A stretch of 63,998 nt of DNA, the filler included, from Stramenopiles sp. TOSAG23-6 (taxonomy: Eukaryota), in the NCBI GenBank assembly GCA_900128565.1. It is 24 parts of 24 records of this genome, joined end to end, with 100 filler letters (N's around TTAATTAATTAA, not from the genome) between each part and the next. Parts side by side here need not be neighbours in the genome. Positions count along the whole stretch, not along the records: positions 21,456 to 24,030 come from LT637943.1; positions 24,131 to 26,705 come from LT637944.1; positions 26,806 to 29,378 come from LT637945.1; positions 29,479 to 32,050 come from LT637946.1; positions 32,151 to 34,722 come from LT637947.1; positions 34,823 to 37,394 come from LT637948.1; positions 37,495 to 40,061 come from LT637949.1; 17 more parts are not named here. The stretch is one strand, 5' to 3'. The translations under genes were made by a program, and so were the position numbers. The notes beneath the pieces are model-generated. The model had not been told where the DNA came from. It saw only the letters and a list, made by a program, of their open reading frames with translations, and did not search any database. Position 1 is the stretch's first letter; each line of letters opens with the position of its first letter. This document shows, in pieces, positions 23,338 through 37,546 of the stretch.

Positions 23338-23933
23338 AATCGTATATGATTTCGTACCTAATATTTTTTTTTTTTAAATATTTTCCAATTCTACATGTAA
23401 AACAAAATGTCATTTTATCAACAGACGAAAGCGTTCGAACGTCTAATGATATAACGTCAAATACATTGGTGACCCGGGTACCACCAGAAGATTTGCATGA
23501 ACATGATATCAGGAATTCGTGGGATATAAAAAAAGAAAATTTCACTTTTTCAGCTCTACAGTTAAAAAAAAAACAAAATGTAAAAAAATGTTTTGATTTT
23601 TTAGTACAAAAACAATCTCAATTAAATCTTTTGATTCTCCAACATGAAGAAATTTGTGACATTGGAAATGAAATTCAAAACAATTCAATAAATGATATTC
23701 AAAATGATATACAAAATGATATACAAAATGATATACAAAATATACAAAAAAAAGAAAAAGAAATCACAGAAAAAATTATTCAATTAAAACACGAAATCCA
23801 AGAGATAATTGAACCTGAATATGATGATGCTGTGGAGGAATACGATACAGTCAATAAATCAATTTTTAAGTTATTAACGACACAAAGAACGATTGGAGGT
23901 GTTTCTATGAAGATGTATGTTTTTTTTTTTTTT

Positions 23934-23965
<32 letters not shown>

Positions 23966-24030
23966 AAAATTTTAATTTTTTTTTTTTTTTTTTTTTTATA
24001 GGAAATTTTGTACCTAACAAATTTTTTTTT
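22495..24030. repeat. Inverted duplication centred at ~23262
   Basis: ORFs 22550-23179 minus and 23346-23975 plus are identical; homopolymer centre. Confidence 0.92.
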
Positions 24031-24182
24031 NNNNNNNNNNNNNNNNNNNNNNNNNNNNNNNNNNNNNNNNNNNNTTAATTAATTAANNNNNNNNNNNNNN
24101 NNNNNNNNNNNNNNNNNNNNNNNNNNNNNNTACAAAATTTCGTACGAAAAAAAAATCGAATTTGAAAAAAAATAAAACATAC

Positions 24183-25325
24183 ATCGCCAGAATAACTTTC
24201 TCTTGTATGTAATGAGCCTCCTCTAAATATGTATATAGTTGGATATGCACGAACACTATGTTGACGACAGAAAGTTTGATTTTCATCACAATTGACTTTC
24301 CCCAGAACAGCTGGACCACTTTTTGGTATAGTTTTTCTTACTTCATTTGCAGCTGCTTTCCATATTGGTTCTAACCGTTGACACCAGTGACACCACGGCG
24401 CATAGAAATTTACCATAACCGTATCAGCACTATGAAGAAATGTTGAAAAATTTTTAGAACTAATTTCTTTTGACTCTTCGTAAGCCGAGTCTGTATGAAT
24501 TGGATGATCTTCAGGGAGTACTTGGTGTTCTCCAGCATGAGGTATGATATGTCGTTCTTGATTTTCCACAACAATTTTAACCGCAGTTTCATGCAATTCA
24601 GATTTTTCTACCCCTCCAAGAGAAGATGAAAGAATTTCTTCTGTTAGTTCAGGTAAATGAATATCATGCTTTGCTTCTTCTCCAATGCTACTACTTAGGA
24701 GCTTCCGCGAACTTCCAATAGGGTTAGGTGAAAGTCGCACGGACGCGAGGATATTATCATCGGTATATAACTTGCCCTTTGAATCAGAATGTACCATGTT
24801 TCTAGGTTCATTTAGACGTTTTTTTGTGCCTTCTTTTTGATGAGGATTTTTCCAGCTCAAAAGTTTTTTTCCGCTCCCCCTGGAGCCACGTTTAGTCGGA
24901 TTTGATTTAGTTGTAGTGAGAATATCTTCCCCACCAAAAGTTTTACTACCGGCGCGGTTAACGTACTCGTCAATATCATACTTGAGTACACCAAACAAAT
25001 CATAGTAATCAATACTTAAATATTCGCAAGGAAGCTTCGTAAAGGTGACATTGAAGTTAATTGTGAGATCATGTTCTAAAGACGTACCTTCTTTGGTAGG
25101 GTGAAATAAAAAGAATTCCTGTTTTATAGAGGTAGTCATATAATCTGCATATTGACCCAAAGCAAGGTAAATACATAATGCAATTCCTAAAAAAGAGAAT
25201 CCCGCGCCATACCAAGTAGACACTTGGGCTTCACGGTCAACGCGAGGGAACCAATCAAGGGGACGCATGAAGCCCAGAAAACCTCCTTGAGGAGATTTTA
25301 CTGTAAGAGGTTGTGCATCGGACAT
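24183..25325 (-). CDS. ERGIC/Erv46 N-domain + thioredoxin protein (PDI-C class), 5' part
   Basis: LDWFPRV, INFNVTFTKLPCEYLSIDYYD, VNFYAPWCHWCQRL, VRAYPTI; donor GAT|GTATG. Confidence 0.85.
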
Positions 25326-25669
25326 TATATATGCTAGGAATAATAGCTGTCACAGTAATATAGGCTATGTTTGATGATTTTGATCTACTAGATGATCAAT
25401 GTTGCGATGATGCTCCTCAAAATTTATTTGAAATTTTTATCGCATTTTTATCGATTTCGATTTTGGAAATATTCCGATTTCGTGTTTTTTAATTCGAATT
25501 TGGTTGTCTCTCTCTCTCTCTCCACGTCACGTAGACGAAAGAAGAAATACAATTAGGTACTATTGCATTACTCATTTTTGAAGCACTATAGCAATAATGC
25601 ATGATTGATTTTATCAGTTTATATTTTGCGGCAAGACTTGGATAAAGTTGTGTCTTGTAAATCTATAGT

Positions 25670-26705
25670 ATGCCAGAGTTTAAGTCAAAGAGGAAAAGAA
25701 CAGGAGTGGTTTCCAGTCCTTGGGTTAGCGAAGAAGTCGCGCTACTTGTGAAATTACATTCAAAATATCAAAAAGAACAAAGTCGGGCTGCACATCTACA
25801 TGAAATAACATCTGTTATAAATGAGACTTTCAGTAGGAGTCGCACAAAAAGAAGTGTCGAAGCTAAGCTTGATCGTTTAGCTGCAACGTTTGGTCCTGAA
25901 TTCATCTTAGAAGAAAAGTGTGTGGATTTCGTTCAAACAAGTATAAACTCTGAAAGCAGCCACATAAAATGGCAAACTGATGAAACAGAATACCTAAATA
26001 AAATTCTTTTAAATGTCCAAAATATTGATTGGAAAAAAAGTGTAGATTTGGTGAATTCTCGTTTCGGACATTCGCGGACGATCAAAGCAATCAAGAGAAA
26101 ATTTCAATCCATACTTGACAAAAAAAGACAAAAAAACTCTGCAGTACAACATAAAAGCAAAACATTTCAATCCTCACTTGAAACACGAAATAAAAAGACT
26201 CGATCATGTACCAAAGAAGAGCTTGTAACAAGTAGTAGTAGTTGTAGTAGTTCAAAATTGGCTTCAAGTAGTCTTAACAACGTGAAAGTTGGTACGGATT
26301 CAACTTTGAATCTACAAGGTGCCAACCCTGTGATGAATACTAGGCGTTCTTCTAGGACACGGCGAAGTACAAAAACATTTGAAGACACTATATTTGAAGC
26401 TTCACTTAAAAGAGCGTTACATATATCAAAAACTGAATCAAAACGAAAAAAAAGAAAATTATCGAAAGTACTCAAAAAGGATATAACGACTCGAAACACG
26501 ACTACAGAACAATATTCATTAAGTAAAAAAAAAACGCGCAAACATCCTGCAGCTACAAAAAACGTAAAAATAGATAAAAATACTGTTGCTACCAGAAAAG
26601 TTATACTAGGCAAAATAAAAGGAGGTGAATCAAAAAAAACTTCAGTCTTGAAAAAAACTTCAGTCTTGAAAAAAACTTCAGTCTTGAAAAAAACTTCAGT
26701 CTTGA
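25670..26705 (+). CDS. Myb/SANT-like repeat protein with basic tail and KKTSVL repeats, 3' partial
   Basis: WVSEE..RTKRSVEAK and WQTDETEYL..W..RTIKAIKRKF. Confidence 0.65.
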
Positions 26706-26805
26706 NNNNNNNNNNNNNNNNNNNNNNNNNNNNNNNNNNNNNNNNNNNNTTAATTAATTAANNNNNNNNNNNNNNNNNNNNNNNNNNNNNNNNNNNNNNN
26801 NNNNN

Positions 26806-27349
26806 TATTCCTTTCGAAGATATACGTGTGAACCGCGAAGAGATGATGGCTCTGAAAAGTGAAGGTAAACTACCGTCTGGTCAATTGCCTATTATGGAGG
26901 TTGATGGAAAGCATCTATCTCAATCTATGAATATTTCGACGTATTGCGCGAAAATGGCAGGTTTGTATCCGGAAGATCCTTGGGAAGCAGCAAAAGTCGA
27001 TGCAATCGTACAATTGGTAGTGGAAGATGTGAAAAACCGTGTGATTTATCCAACGTTTTGGGAAAAAGACGCGGAGAAAAAGGCAGCAATGCGAAAAGAA
27101 GCTGCCGAAAAAAAGCTTCCTGAAAAGTTTGCAATTCTTGAGTCAATGCTATCGCCCTCAGGATTCTTTGTCGGCAACTCTTTAACTATCGCAGACCTTA
27201 ATGTTTATGTGCTTCTCAATTGGATTGGAATGGAAGTCTTGGATGGTATTCCCAAGGAATGCGTATTATCCTTTCCAGGATTGACAAAATTATGTAAAGT
27301 CATTGAGCACAACCGTATAGTTAATAATGGTAAAATACCATGGTTTTGA
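26806..27349 (+). CDS. Glutathione S-transferase (sigma-like), 5' partial
   Basis: PFEDIRV, LPSGQLPIMEVDG..SQS, FFVGNSLTIADL. Confidence 0.92.
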
Positions 27350-27599
27350 AAAATAATAATACTTTCTAAATTCGACAAATTCAATTTATTTTGTTTTCAA
27401 AGAAGGGAGAAAATCGAGAACTTCCCTTTGTAAAAATGACACAGGTTTAGTTTCTTCTCTTATCGTTGTTTGTCTTTCCTGACAGTAACAAGTAACACAT
27501 AAGCAATACATCGAAACAAAAGCCCAAATCCAAGCAAGCACATAAAGTCAATCATCATGTTAGGGAAGAATCTTCGGCAGTTTTGTCCTCCACATGTGA

Positions 27600-28279
27600 A
27601 GTCGTGCTCAGATGCTCTTATGACTGGTCCACTACAGCAATTAATGTTTTTCTTTAATATGGCGATTGGGAGTATCGGGATGGTTTGTTCAGCCAGAACA
27701 TTTGGAGATGACGACAAACTTGTGCTTATACGTGAATCTGGTGTAGGTTTGTCACGCAGCGCATATATTGTTGGGAAGATGATTGCTGATTTCAACGTGA
27801 CGTTACTACTTTCTTTACTTGTTTCGGGTTTATGGTTAATTATGGGCTTTCCAGGCGGGGATTGGCGCTGGTTTTCTATAAGTTTTGCCTTGCTGTTTGC
27901 TTCCTATGGTTGGGGTTACTTTATTGCCCCAATTGTCCCTTCCAACCTTTCGATGACTGCTTCAATGGTCATGGCTTGTTTTTTATCTACCCTTAATGGT
28001 GTTAATCCCAAGCTAGTCGACGTTTCATGGCCATGGAAGTTGTTTTGGAATATTGGATACAGTCGTTGGATATCTGAGGCAATTTATTCTACCTTTACGA
28101 AACATAACAGAGACAGTGGATCTCCCGTTCAGTTCGCTGCATCAACAATCGGATATGAGATTTGGGATGAACAGTTTCAAATCGATATTATTGCGGTTAT
28201 TTTACAAGGATGTGTCTTACGACTCGCTCGATTAATATATGACTGTGCACTTTTTGTAAATATAATAAATTGTTTTTGA
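27600..28279 (+). CDS. ABCG transporter transmembrane domain fragment
   Basis: RESGVGLSRSAYIVGKMIAD, YSRWISEA; abuts an inverted ABCG-like C-terminus at ~27460-27570. Confidence 0.7.
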
Positions 28280-28608
28280 ACTTTCACTGGTAGAAGCTCT
28301 TTTTGTTTTGTGTATATTAATGAATTATTTATGCGCTCGCTGTCAAACGTGTCAACCGAAACAAAACCGAAACAGGTCAAAAATCGAAAGTCAAAATTTT
28401 TTTTATGTGTTCGTGTTCCTATATATCGATATCGATATCGCGCGTGCTCCTACTAATAAATATAAATATCGTACTAGCTACGTAGCTACTAGTTGGTGCA
28501 CGAAGTAGAGATTGTAACAAAACGTATTTGCTTGTATGAGTGTTGTGTACATTGATTGTAGAAAATTGTTTATCTAATTTACAATATTTTTTCATTTGGA
28601 ACTTCTCA

Positions 28609-29271
28609 ATGGACTGGAGGTTGTTCTTCACTCTTCTCTCTAGTTTCTGTGGATTTCTTCTGGTATTTGTGATATCATTCACTATGCTATCAAGTAGTGG
28701 TCCAGGAGCCGGGAACGTGTTCACATATCATCCTATTTTAATGTCATTTGGCTTTATTCTTTTAAACTCTGGGACTTTATCATATTATTCAAAGTGTGAA
28801 GAAGATCTTTCACCAAAACTACACTTACAAAAGCAGCGCTTTCTTCACGCCAATATTCAGATTTTAGGCTCTGTTTCTATTCTTATAGGTATCGTCTGTA
28901 TTTGGATATCTCATGCAAAGAAAGGCCAGTCACAATTCGGCTTAGAATCTACGTTGATAAAAAAGGCTCATGTATGGCTTGGTTGGTCGATCGTTCTTCT
29001 ACTGTGTCTTCAAGTAATAGTAGGGGCTTTGAAATATTCAAAACCTGAGGTCAAATTTGCAAAGTGGCATGGAAAACTTGGTAAAGTAATTCTTTTATTC
29101 GGACTTTTAAATATTAATATTGCTATTTTTTTTTGGAGTTGGTCACTCAACCTTAAAGCTTTTTTAATTTTTCTTTTAACTTTGCTCATTGGAAGTACAA
29201 TACTTGTTTTTTCTATTGGGCGAGACGCTCGCATGTTAAAAATGCCAATCGCTGATTCAAAAGTAGTATAG
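28609..29271 (+). CDS. Cytochrome b561-family protein
   Basis: FTYHPILM, FLHANIQ, AHVWLG, KWHGKLG heme-ligand histidines in TM helices. Confidence 0.88.
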   Translation: MDWRLFFTLLSSFCGFLLVFVISFTMLSSSGPGAGNVFTYHPILMSFGFILLNSGTLSYYSKCEEDLSPKLHLQKQRFLHANIQILGSVSILIGIVCIWISHAKKGQSQFGLESTLIKKAHVWLGWSIVLLLCLQVIVGALKYSKPEVKFAKWHGKLGKVILLFGLLNINIAIFFWSWSLNLKAFLIFLLTLLIGSTILVFSIGRDARMLKMPIADSKVV

Positions 29272-29590
29272 CAGATAATATAGGCATTAATTAATTTGGT
29301 TGAAATGTATGGGAATAAAAATGGGAATAACAATATGACAGTTTTTCATTAATTTAATCTTTATTTTCAGTTTTTGTCNNNNNNNNNNNNNNNNNNNNNN
29401 NNNNNNNNNNNNNNNNNNNNNNTTAATTAATTAANNNNNNNNNNNNNNNNNNNNNNNNNNNNNNNNNNNNNNNNNNNNACATTGTGAAAAAAAATTTTTT
29501 TTTTTTTTTTTTTTTTGAATTTTTTTTTTGTTAGGTACAAAATTTCCTACGAAAAAAAAACAAAAAAAAAAATGTAAGTGGATAACGTAT

Positions 29591-32033
29591 AATAATATTC
29601 GGACAGGAGATCCAAATTTCAGTTTTTGTATCATAGAATCGAGAAAATGTATTAATGCTACAAGTAAGAAACTTTTTCCTGATCCATATACTCCATGTAC
29701 AAGTACGATTGGTGTTCTACTGTTTTCATTTTTTTTTGTAGGGCTAGGGCTAGGGTTAGGGTTAGGGTAAGCATTTGAAAATAAATTTGATTGCTCTTTC
29801 GTTAAAAACCATTTTGCACATTCATGAATAACTAATATTTGACCATCATTTAATCCAAAACGTTTTACAACTGCTTCAATTTCAAATTTAATAATTTGTA
29901 GAATGTCATACGTGTCAATTGAATGATTAGTAGGAGATTTTTTGGAATATCGGGATTTCGTGTTATTTGAACAACTTTGTATACTTTTGATGTTTTTTAT
30001 GTATGCATCTTTTATACTAAAACACTTTGATACGCCACTTACTATTAATGGTAAAAGTGGCGATTGATTTTCTGATAAATTTGTTAGCATTCGAATCAAA
30101 GATACTTCTGATAACATATTTATTCCATGTATTTATTGTGAAACATATTTGACATTTAAATTGATTAAAACAATTTAAATACATTTCAAAAAAAAAATAT
30201 ATACAGTTCAAAAATACGTTCTAAAAAAAAATACATTTCAAAAATACATTTCAAAAATACATTTCAAAAATACAGTTCAAAAATACATTTCAAAAATACA
30301 TTTCAAAAATACATTTCAAAAATACATGATATGAAACATACATAGCAATGATTGGATTTCCTCCACATTTACTTTTATTCTTACCATCCGAATATTTATT
30401 CTTATTCCAACCTAATTTATCAAAATGACCAAAATGACCAAAATGACCAAAACCTGTTAATTTCGACATTCCAACAGGTTTTACTTGAAGCATTTTTGAA
30501 CTCGACCAGCCATGCCATTCAGATGTTACAATTTGAAGTATATTAGTATTAAAACTAAAATTATTACAGTTAAAATTAGAACTAAACATAGAGTTGAATT
30601 TTGACGCCGATGCGATGATCCAAATATGTTAAGTGAAACAATATTTGAAAAAAAAAATTAAATTTGAAATTCATAATGAAAAACGTACAACAAAAAAAAA
30701 AAAAAAAAAAAAAAAAATCTCTTTTGTTTTTTTGTTTAGGTACAAAATTTCGTACGGAAAAAAAAATTAAATTTGAAATTAAATTTGAAATTGATGATGA
30801 AAAACGTACATCTCCCTTTTGATATATAGTATTTCTATCAAGAGAACTCTTATCTAATTGTAAGAAATATTTACGTTCTTTGGCTTCAATTTCATCATCA
30901 TAGTAAGCTTCGTCATCATAATAAATCTTTTGTTTTTTATTCATGTTATTAGGATTTTTAGGATTTTTAGGATTTGTTTGAAAGGCTTTTAAACTTTCAT
31001 AAAATGATATACCTTGACTACGAAATGTTTTTTCCTTGGAACGATTCCCTGTAAATACATTTTTGATGTTTTGATTTTTTTTTTCCTTGGAACGATTTTC
31101 TGTAGATACATTTTTGATTTTTTGAGATATTGTATACAATTTACGAGCTACATCGGACAGTGATGCATGAATTTCATCAGCTAATGCCTTTATAAAAGTT
31201 TCGCGATAATGCTCAAAAGATTGAAATGTATTTGGAATAGTATTGATATACCAACAATACTGAAGGCTTAATTTTTCATTTGTTGTTGTTATTTTTGTGA
31301 CTCTTGGAAATTTTATATGTATATGTTTTATAGTATTATTAGTAGTAGAGAATTTTCTAAAATTTGAATATGTTTGAGATATTTTACATTTGTTTGATTT
31401 GTTTGTATCAACTACAGCTGGGGGTATAAATCCTTTATGTAATGTATTATTTCGTGTTTGTGAACTCTCCATTTGGAAATTAGATGTCTTTATAATATTT
31501 CGTGTTTGTGAACTCTCCATTTGGAAATTAGATGTCTTTATAATAGTTTTACCCTTACACTCTTTATCCTGTAAGAACTCATTCAATTGTTCAGATTTTT
31601 TTGTTTCATTTACATTTTGATTGATATTTTTTCTCTCGATATAATTTTTCTGAATACAATTTACATTTTCTATACCATTTTTTATACCATTTTCTTCATC
31701 ATCTTCACTAAATGACAAATCTATATATGAAATTGCCGATTTTAATCCAGGTTCTATTATTTGTTTTGATGTTGATTGTGGAAACTTTTGTTCTATTATT
31801 TGTTTTATGTTTCTATTCGTCTTTTTCGCAAGGTGAATTGAATTTGTATCACATTTTGTACCTAACGAATTTTGAATTTTCTGGGTGTCATTTCCTAGGT
31901 TAAACATCGCCAAAAGTTCAGAAGACGTTCTCTTTCTCTTTCGTGTTGGAATCATCGGAATAGGACACATACTAGTAGTATCAATATTGTCTGTTATTTG
32001 AATTGTATTTTGAAAACTATTAGTGTCTGTCAT
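29591..32033 (-). CDS. ZGRF1: ZGRF1-like SF1 (Upf1/Dna2-type) helicase, partial; introns 30626-30809 and 30131-30341
   Basis: KGD|IWIIAS, LNDGQ, PIVLVHGVYGSGKSFLL Walker A. Confidence 0.7.
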
Positions 32034-32150
32034 TTGAATTGTATTTTGAANNNNNNNNNNNNNNNNNNNNNNNNNNNNNNNNNNNNNNNNNNNNTTAATT
32101 AATTAANNNNNNNNNNNNNNNNNNNNNNNNNNNNNNNNNNNNNNNNNNNN

Positions 32151-35100
32151 ACATTGTGAAAAAAAATTTTTTTTTTTTTTTTTTTTTTGAATTTTTTTTT
32201 TGTTAGGTACAAAATTTCCTACGAAAAAAAAACAAAAAAAAAAATGTAAGTGGATAACGTATAATAATATTCGGACAGGAGATCCAAATTTCAGTTTTTG
32301 TATCATAGAATCGAGAAAATGTATTAATGCTACAAGTAAGAAACTTTTTCCTGATCCATATACTCCATGTACAAGTACGATTGGTGTTCTACTGTTTTCA
32401 TTTTTTTTTGTAGGGCTAGGGCTAGGGTTAGGGTTAGGGTAAGCATTTGAAAATAAATTTGATTGCTCTTTCGTTAAAAACCATTTTGCACATTCATGAA
32501 TAACTAATATTTGACCATCATTTAATCCAAAACGTTTTACAACTGCTTCAATTTCAAATTTAATAATTTGTAGAATGTCATACGTGTCAATTGAATGATT
32601 AGTAGGAGATTTTTTGGAATATCGGGATTTCGTGTTATTTGAACAACTTTGTATACTTTTGATGTTTTTTATGTATGCATCTTTTATACTAAAACACTTT
32701 GATACGCCACTTACTATTAATGGTAAAAGTGGCGATTGATTTTCTGATAAATTTGTTAGCATTCGAATCAAAGATACTTCTGATAACATATTTATTCCAT
32801 GTATTTATTGTGAAACATATTTGACATTTAAATTGATTAAAACAATTTAAATACATTTCAAAAAAAAAATATATACAGTTCAAAAATACGTTCTAAAAAA
32901 AAATACATTTCAAAAATACATTTCAAAAATACATTTCAAAAATACAGTTCAAAAATACATTTCAAAAATACATTTCAAAAATACATTTCAAAAATACATG
33001 ATATGAAACATACATAGCAATGATTGGATTTCCTCCACATTTACTTTTATTCTTACCATCCGAATATTTATTCTTATTCCAACCTAATTTATCAAAATGA
33101 CCAAAATGACCAAAATGACCAAAACCTGTTAATTTCGACATTCCAACAGGTTTTACTTGAAGCATTTTTGAACTCGACCAGCCATGCCATTCAGATGTTA
33201 CAATTTGAAGTATATTAGTATTAAAACTAAAATTATTACAGTTAAAATTAGAACTAAACATAGAGTTGAATTTTGACGCCGATGCGATGATCCAAATATG
33301 TTAAGTGAAACAATATTTGAAAAAAAAAATTAAATTTGAAATTCATAATGAAAAACGTACAACAAAAAAAAAAAAAAAAAAAAAAAAAATCTCTTTTGTT
33401 TTTTTGTTTAGGTACAAAATTTCGTACGGAAAAAAAAATTAAATTTGAAATTAAATTTGAAATTGATGATGAAAAACGTACATCTCCCTTTTGATATATA
33501 GTATTTCTATCAAGAGAACTCTTATCTAATTGTAAGAAATATTTACGTTCTTTGGCTTCAATTTCATCATCATAGTAAGCTTCGTCATCATAATAAATCT
33601 TTTGTTTTTTATTCATGTTATTAGGATTTTTAGGATTTTTAGGATTTGTTTGAAAGGCTTTTAAACTTTCATAAAATGATATACCTTGACTACGAAATGT
33701 TTTTTCCTTGGAACGATTCCCTGTAAATACATTTTTGATGTTTTGATTTTTTTTTTCCTTGGAACGATTTTCTGTAGATACATTTTTGATTTTTTGAGAT
33801 ATTGTATACAATTTACGAGCTACATCGGACAGTGATGCATGAATTTCATCAGCTAATGCCTTTATAAAAGTTTCGCGATAATGCTCAAAAGATTGAAATG
33901 TATTTGGAATAGTATTGATATACCAACAATACTGAAGGCTTAATTTTTCATTTGTTGTTGTTATTTTTGTGACTCTTGGAAATTTTATATGTATATGTTT
34001 TATAGTATTATTAGTAGTAGAGAATTTTCTAAAATTTGAATATGTTTGAGATATTTTACATTTGTTTGATTTGTTTGTATCAACTACAGCTGGGGGTATA
34101 AATCCTTTATGTAATGTATTATTTCGTGTTTGTGAACTCTCCATTTGGAAATTAGATGTCTTTATAATATTTCGTGTTTGTGAACTCTCCATTTGGAAAT
34201 TAGATGTCTTTATAATAGTTTTACCCTTACACTCTTTATCCTGTAAGAACTCATTCAATTGTTCAGATTTTTTTGTTTCATTTACATTTTGATTGATATT
34301 TTTTCTCTCGATATAATTTTTCTGAATACAATTTACATTTTCTATACCATTTTTTATACCATTTTCTTCATCATCTTCACTAAATGACAAATCTATATAT
34401 GAAATTGCCGATTTTAATCCAGGTTCTATTATTTGTTTTGATGTTGATTGTGGAAACTTTTGTTCTATTATTTGTTTTATGTTTCTATTCGTCTTTTTCG
34501 CAAGGTGAATTGAATTTGTATCACATTTTGTACCTAACGAATTTTGAATTTTCTGGGTGTCATTTCCTAGGTTAAACATCGCCAAAAGTTCAGAAGACGT
34601 TCTCTTTCTCTTTCGTGTTGGAATCATCGGAATAGGACACATACTAGTAGTATCAATATTGTCTGTTATTTGAATTGTATTTTGAAAACTATTAGTGTCT
34701 GTCATTTGAATTGTATTTTGAANNNNNNNNNNNNNNNNNNNNNNNNNNNNNNNNNNNNNNNNNNNNTTAATTAATTAANNNNNNNNNNNNNNNNNNNNNN
34801 NNNNNNNNNNNNNNNNNNNNNNACATTGTGAAAAAAAATTTTTTTTTTTTTTTTTTTTTTGAATTTTTTTTTTGTTAGGTACAAAATTTCCTACGAAAAA
34901 AAAACAAAAAAAAAAATGTAAGTGGATAACGTATAATAATATTCGGACAGGAGATCCAAATTTCAGTTTTTGTATCATAGAATCGAGAAAATGTATTAAT
35001 GCTACAAGTAAGAAACTTTTTCCTGATCCATATACTCCATGTACAAGTACGATTGGTGTTCTACTGTTTTCATTTTTTTTTGTAGGGCTAGGGCTAGGGT

Positions 35101-37394
35101 TAGGGTTAGGGTAAGCATTTGAAAATAAATTTGATTGCTCTTTCGTTAAAAACCATTTTGCACATTCATGAATAACTAATATTTGACCATCATTTAATCC
35201 AAAACGTTTTACAACTGCTTCAATTTCAAATTTAATAATTTGTAGAATGTCATACGTGTCAATTGAATGATTAGTAGGAGATTTTTTGGAATATCGGGAT
35301 TTCGTGTTATTTGAACAACTTTGTATACTTTTGATGTTTTTTATGTATGCATCTTTTATACTAAAACACTTTGATACGCCACTTACTATTAATGGTAAAA
35401 GTGGCGATTGATTTTCTGATAAATTTGTTAGCATTCGAATCAAAGATACTTCTGATAACATATTTATTCCATGTATTTATTGTGAAACATATTTGACATT
35501 TAAATTGATTAAAACAATTTAAATACATTTCAAAAAAAAAATATATACAGTTCAAAAATACGTTCTAAAAAAAAATACATTTCAAAAATACATTTCAAAA
35601 ATACATTTCAAAAATACAGTTCAAAAATACATTTCAAAAATACATTTCAAAAATACATTTCAAAAATACATGATATGAAACATACATAGCAATGATTGGA
35701 TTTCCTCCACATTTACTTTTATTCTTACCATCCGAATATTTATTCTTATTCCAACCTAATTTATCAAAATGACCAAAATGACCAAAATGACCAAAACCTG
35801 TTAATTTCGACATTCCAACAGGTTTTACTTGAAGCATTTTTGAACTCGACCAGCCATGCCATTCAGATGTTACAATTTGAAGTATATTAGTATTAAAACT
35901 AAAATTATTACAGTTAAAATTAGAACTAAACATAGAGTTGAATTTTGACGCCGATGCGATGATCCAAATATGTTAAGTGAAACAATATTTGAAAAAAAAA
36001 ATTAAATTTGAAATTCATAATGAAAAACGTACAACAAAAAAAAAAAAAAAAAAAAAAAAAATCTCTTTTGTTTTTTTGTTTAGGTACAAAATTTCGTACG
36101 GAAAAAAAAATTAAATTTGAAATTAAATTTGAAATTGATGATGAAAAACGTACATCTCCCTTTTGATATATAGTATTTCTATCAAGAGAACTCTTATCTA
36201 ATTGTAAGAAATATTTACGTTCTTTGGCTTCAATTTCATCATCATAGTAAGCTTCGTCATCATAATAAATCTTTTGTTTTTTATTCATGTTATTAGGATT
36301 TTTAGGATTTTTAGGATTTGTTTGAAAGGCTTTTAAACTTTCATAAAATGATATACCTTGACTACGAAATGTTTTTTCCTTGGAACGATTCCCTGTAAAT
36401 ACATTTTTGATGTTTTGATTTTTTTTTTCCTTGGAACGATTTTCTGTAGATACATTTTTGATTTTTTGAGATATTGTATACAATTTACGAGCTACATCGG
36501 ACAGTGATGCATGAATTTCATCAGCTAATGCCTTTATAAAAGTTTCGCGATAATGCTCAAAAGATTGAAATGTATTTGGAATAGTATTGATATACCAACA
36601 ATACTGAAGGCTTAATTTTTCATTTGTTGTTGTTATTTTTGTGACTCTTGGAAATTTTATATGTATATGTTTTATAGTATTATTAGTAGTAGAGAATTTT
36701 CTAAAATTTGAATATGTTTGAGATATTTTACATTTGTTTGATTTGTTTGTATCAACTACAGCTGGGGGTATAAATCCTTTATGTAATGTATTATTTCGTG
36801 TTTGTGAACTCTCCATTTGGAAATTAGATGTCTTTATAATATTTCGTGTTTGTGAACTCTCCATTTGGAAATTAGATGTCTTTATAATAGTTTTACCCTT
36901 ACACTCTTTATCCTGTAAGAACTCATTCAATTGTTCAGATTTTTTTGTTTCATTTACATTTTGATTGATATTTTTTCTCTCGATATAATTTTTCTGAATA
37001 CAATTTACATTTTCTATACCATTTTTTATACCATTTTCTTCATCATCTTCACTAAATGACAAATCTATATATGAAATTGCCGATTTTAATCCAGGTTCTA
37101 TTATTTGTTTTGATGTTGATTGTGGAAACTTTTGTTCTATTATTTGTTTTATGTTTCTATTCGTCTTTTTCGCAAGGTGAATTGAATTTGTATCACATTT
37201 TGTACCTAACGAATTTTGAATTTTCTGGGTGTCATTTCCTAGGTTAAACATCGCCAAAAGTTCAGAAGACGTTCTCTTTCTCTTTCGTGTTGGAATCATC
37301 GGAATAGGACACATACTAGTAGTATCAATATTGTCTGTTATTTGAATTGTATTTTGAAAACTATTAGTGTCTGTCATTTGAATTGTATTTTGAA
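32151..37394. repeat. Two further identical copies (32151-34722, 34823-37394) of contig 29479-32050
   Basis: Identical ORF tracks and identical contig ends at a 2672-nt period. Confidence 0.95.
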
Positions 37395-37546
37395 NNNNNN
37401 NNNNNNNNNNNNNNNNNNNNNNNNNNNNNNNNNNNNNNTTAATTAATTAANNNNNNNNNNNNNNNNNNNNNNNNNNNNNNNNNNNNNNNNNNNNTACAAA
37501 ATTTCGTACGAAAAAAAATTCGAATTTGAAAAAAAATAAAACATAC

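Noticed and set aside
22495-24030. Inverted exon duplication
   Set aside because: Same homopolymer-centred artefact pattern
27460-27795. Overlapping antisense ABCG genes
   Set aside because: Only the last ~35 codons look like an ABCG C-terminus; a tail-to-middle inversion is best explained as a chimera
29479-37394. Tandem triplication of the ZGRF1-like gene
   Set aside because: Copies are separate identical contigs divided by artificial linkers; redundancy, not a tandem array
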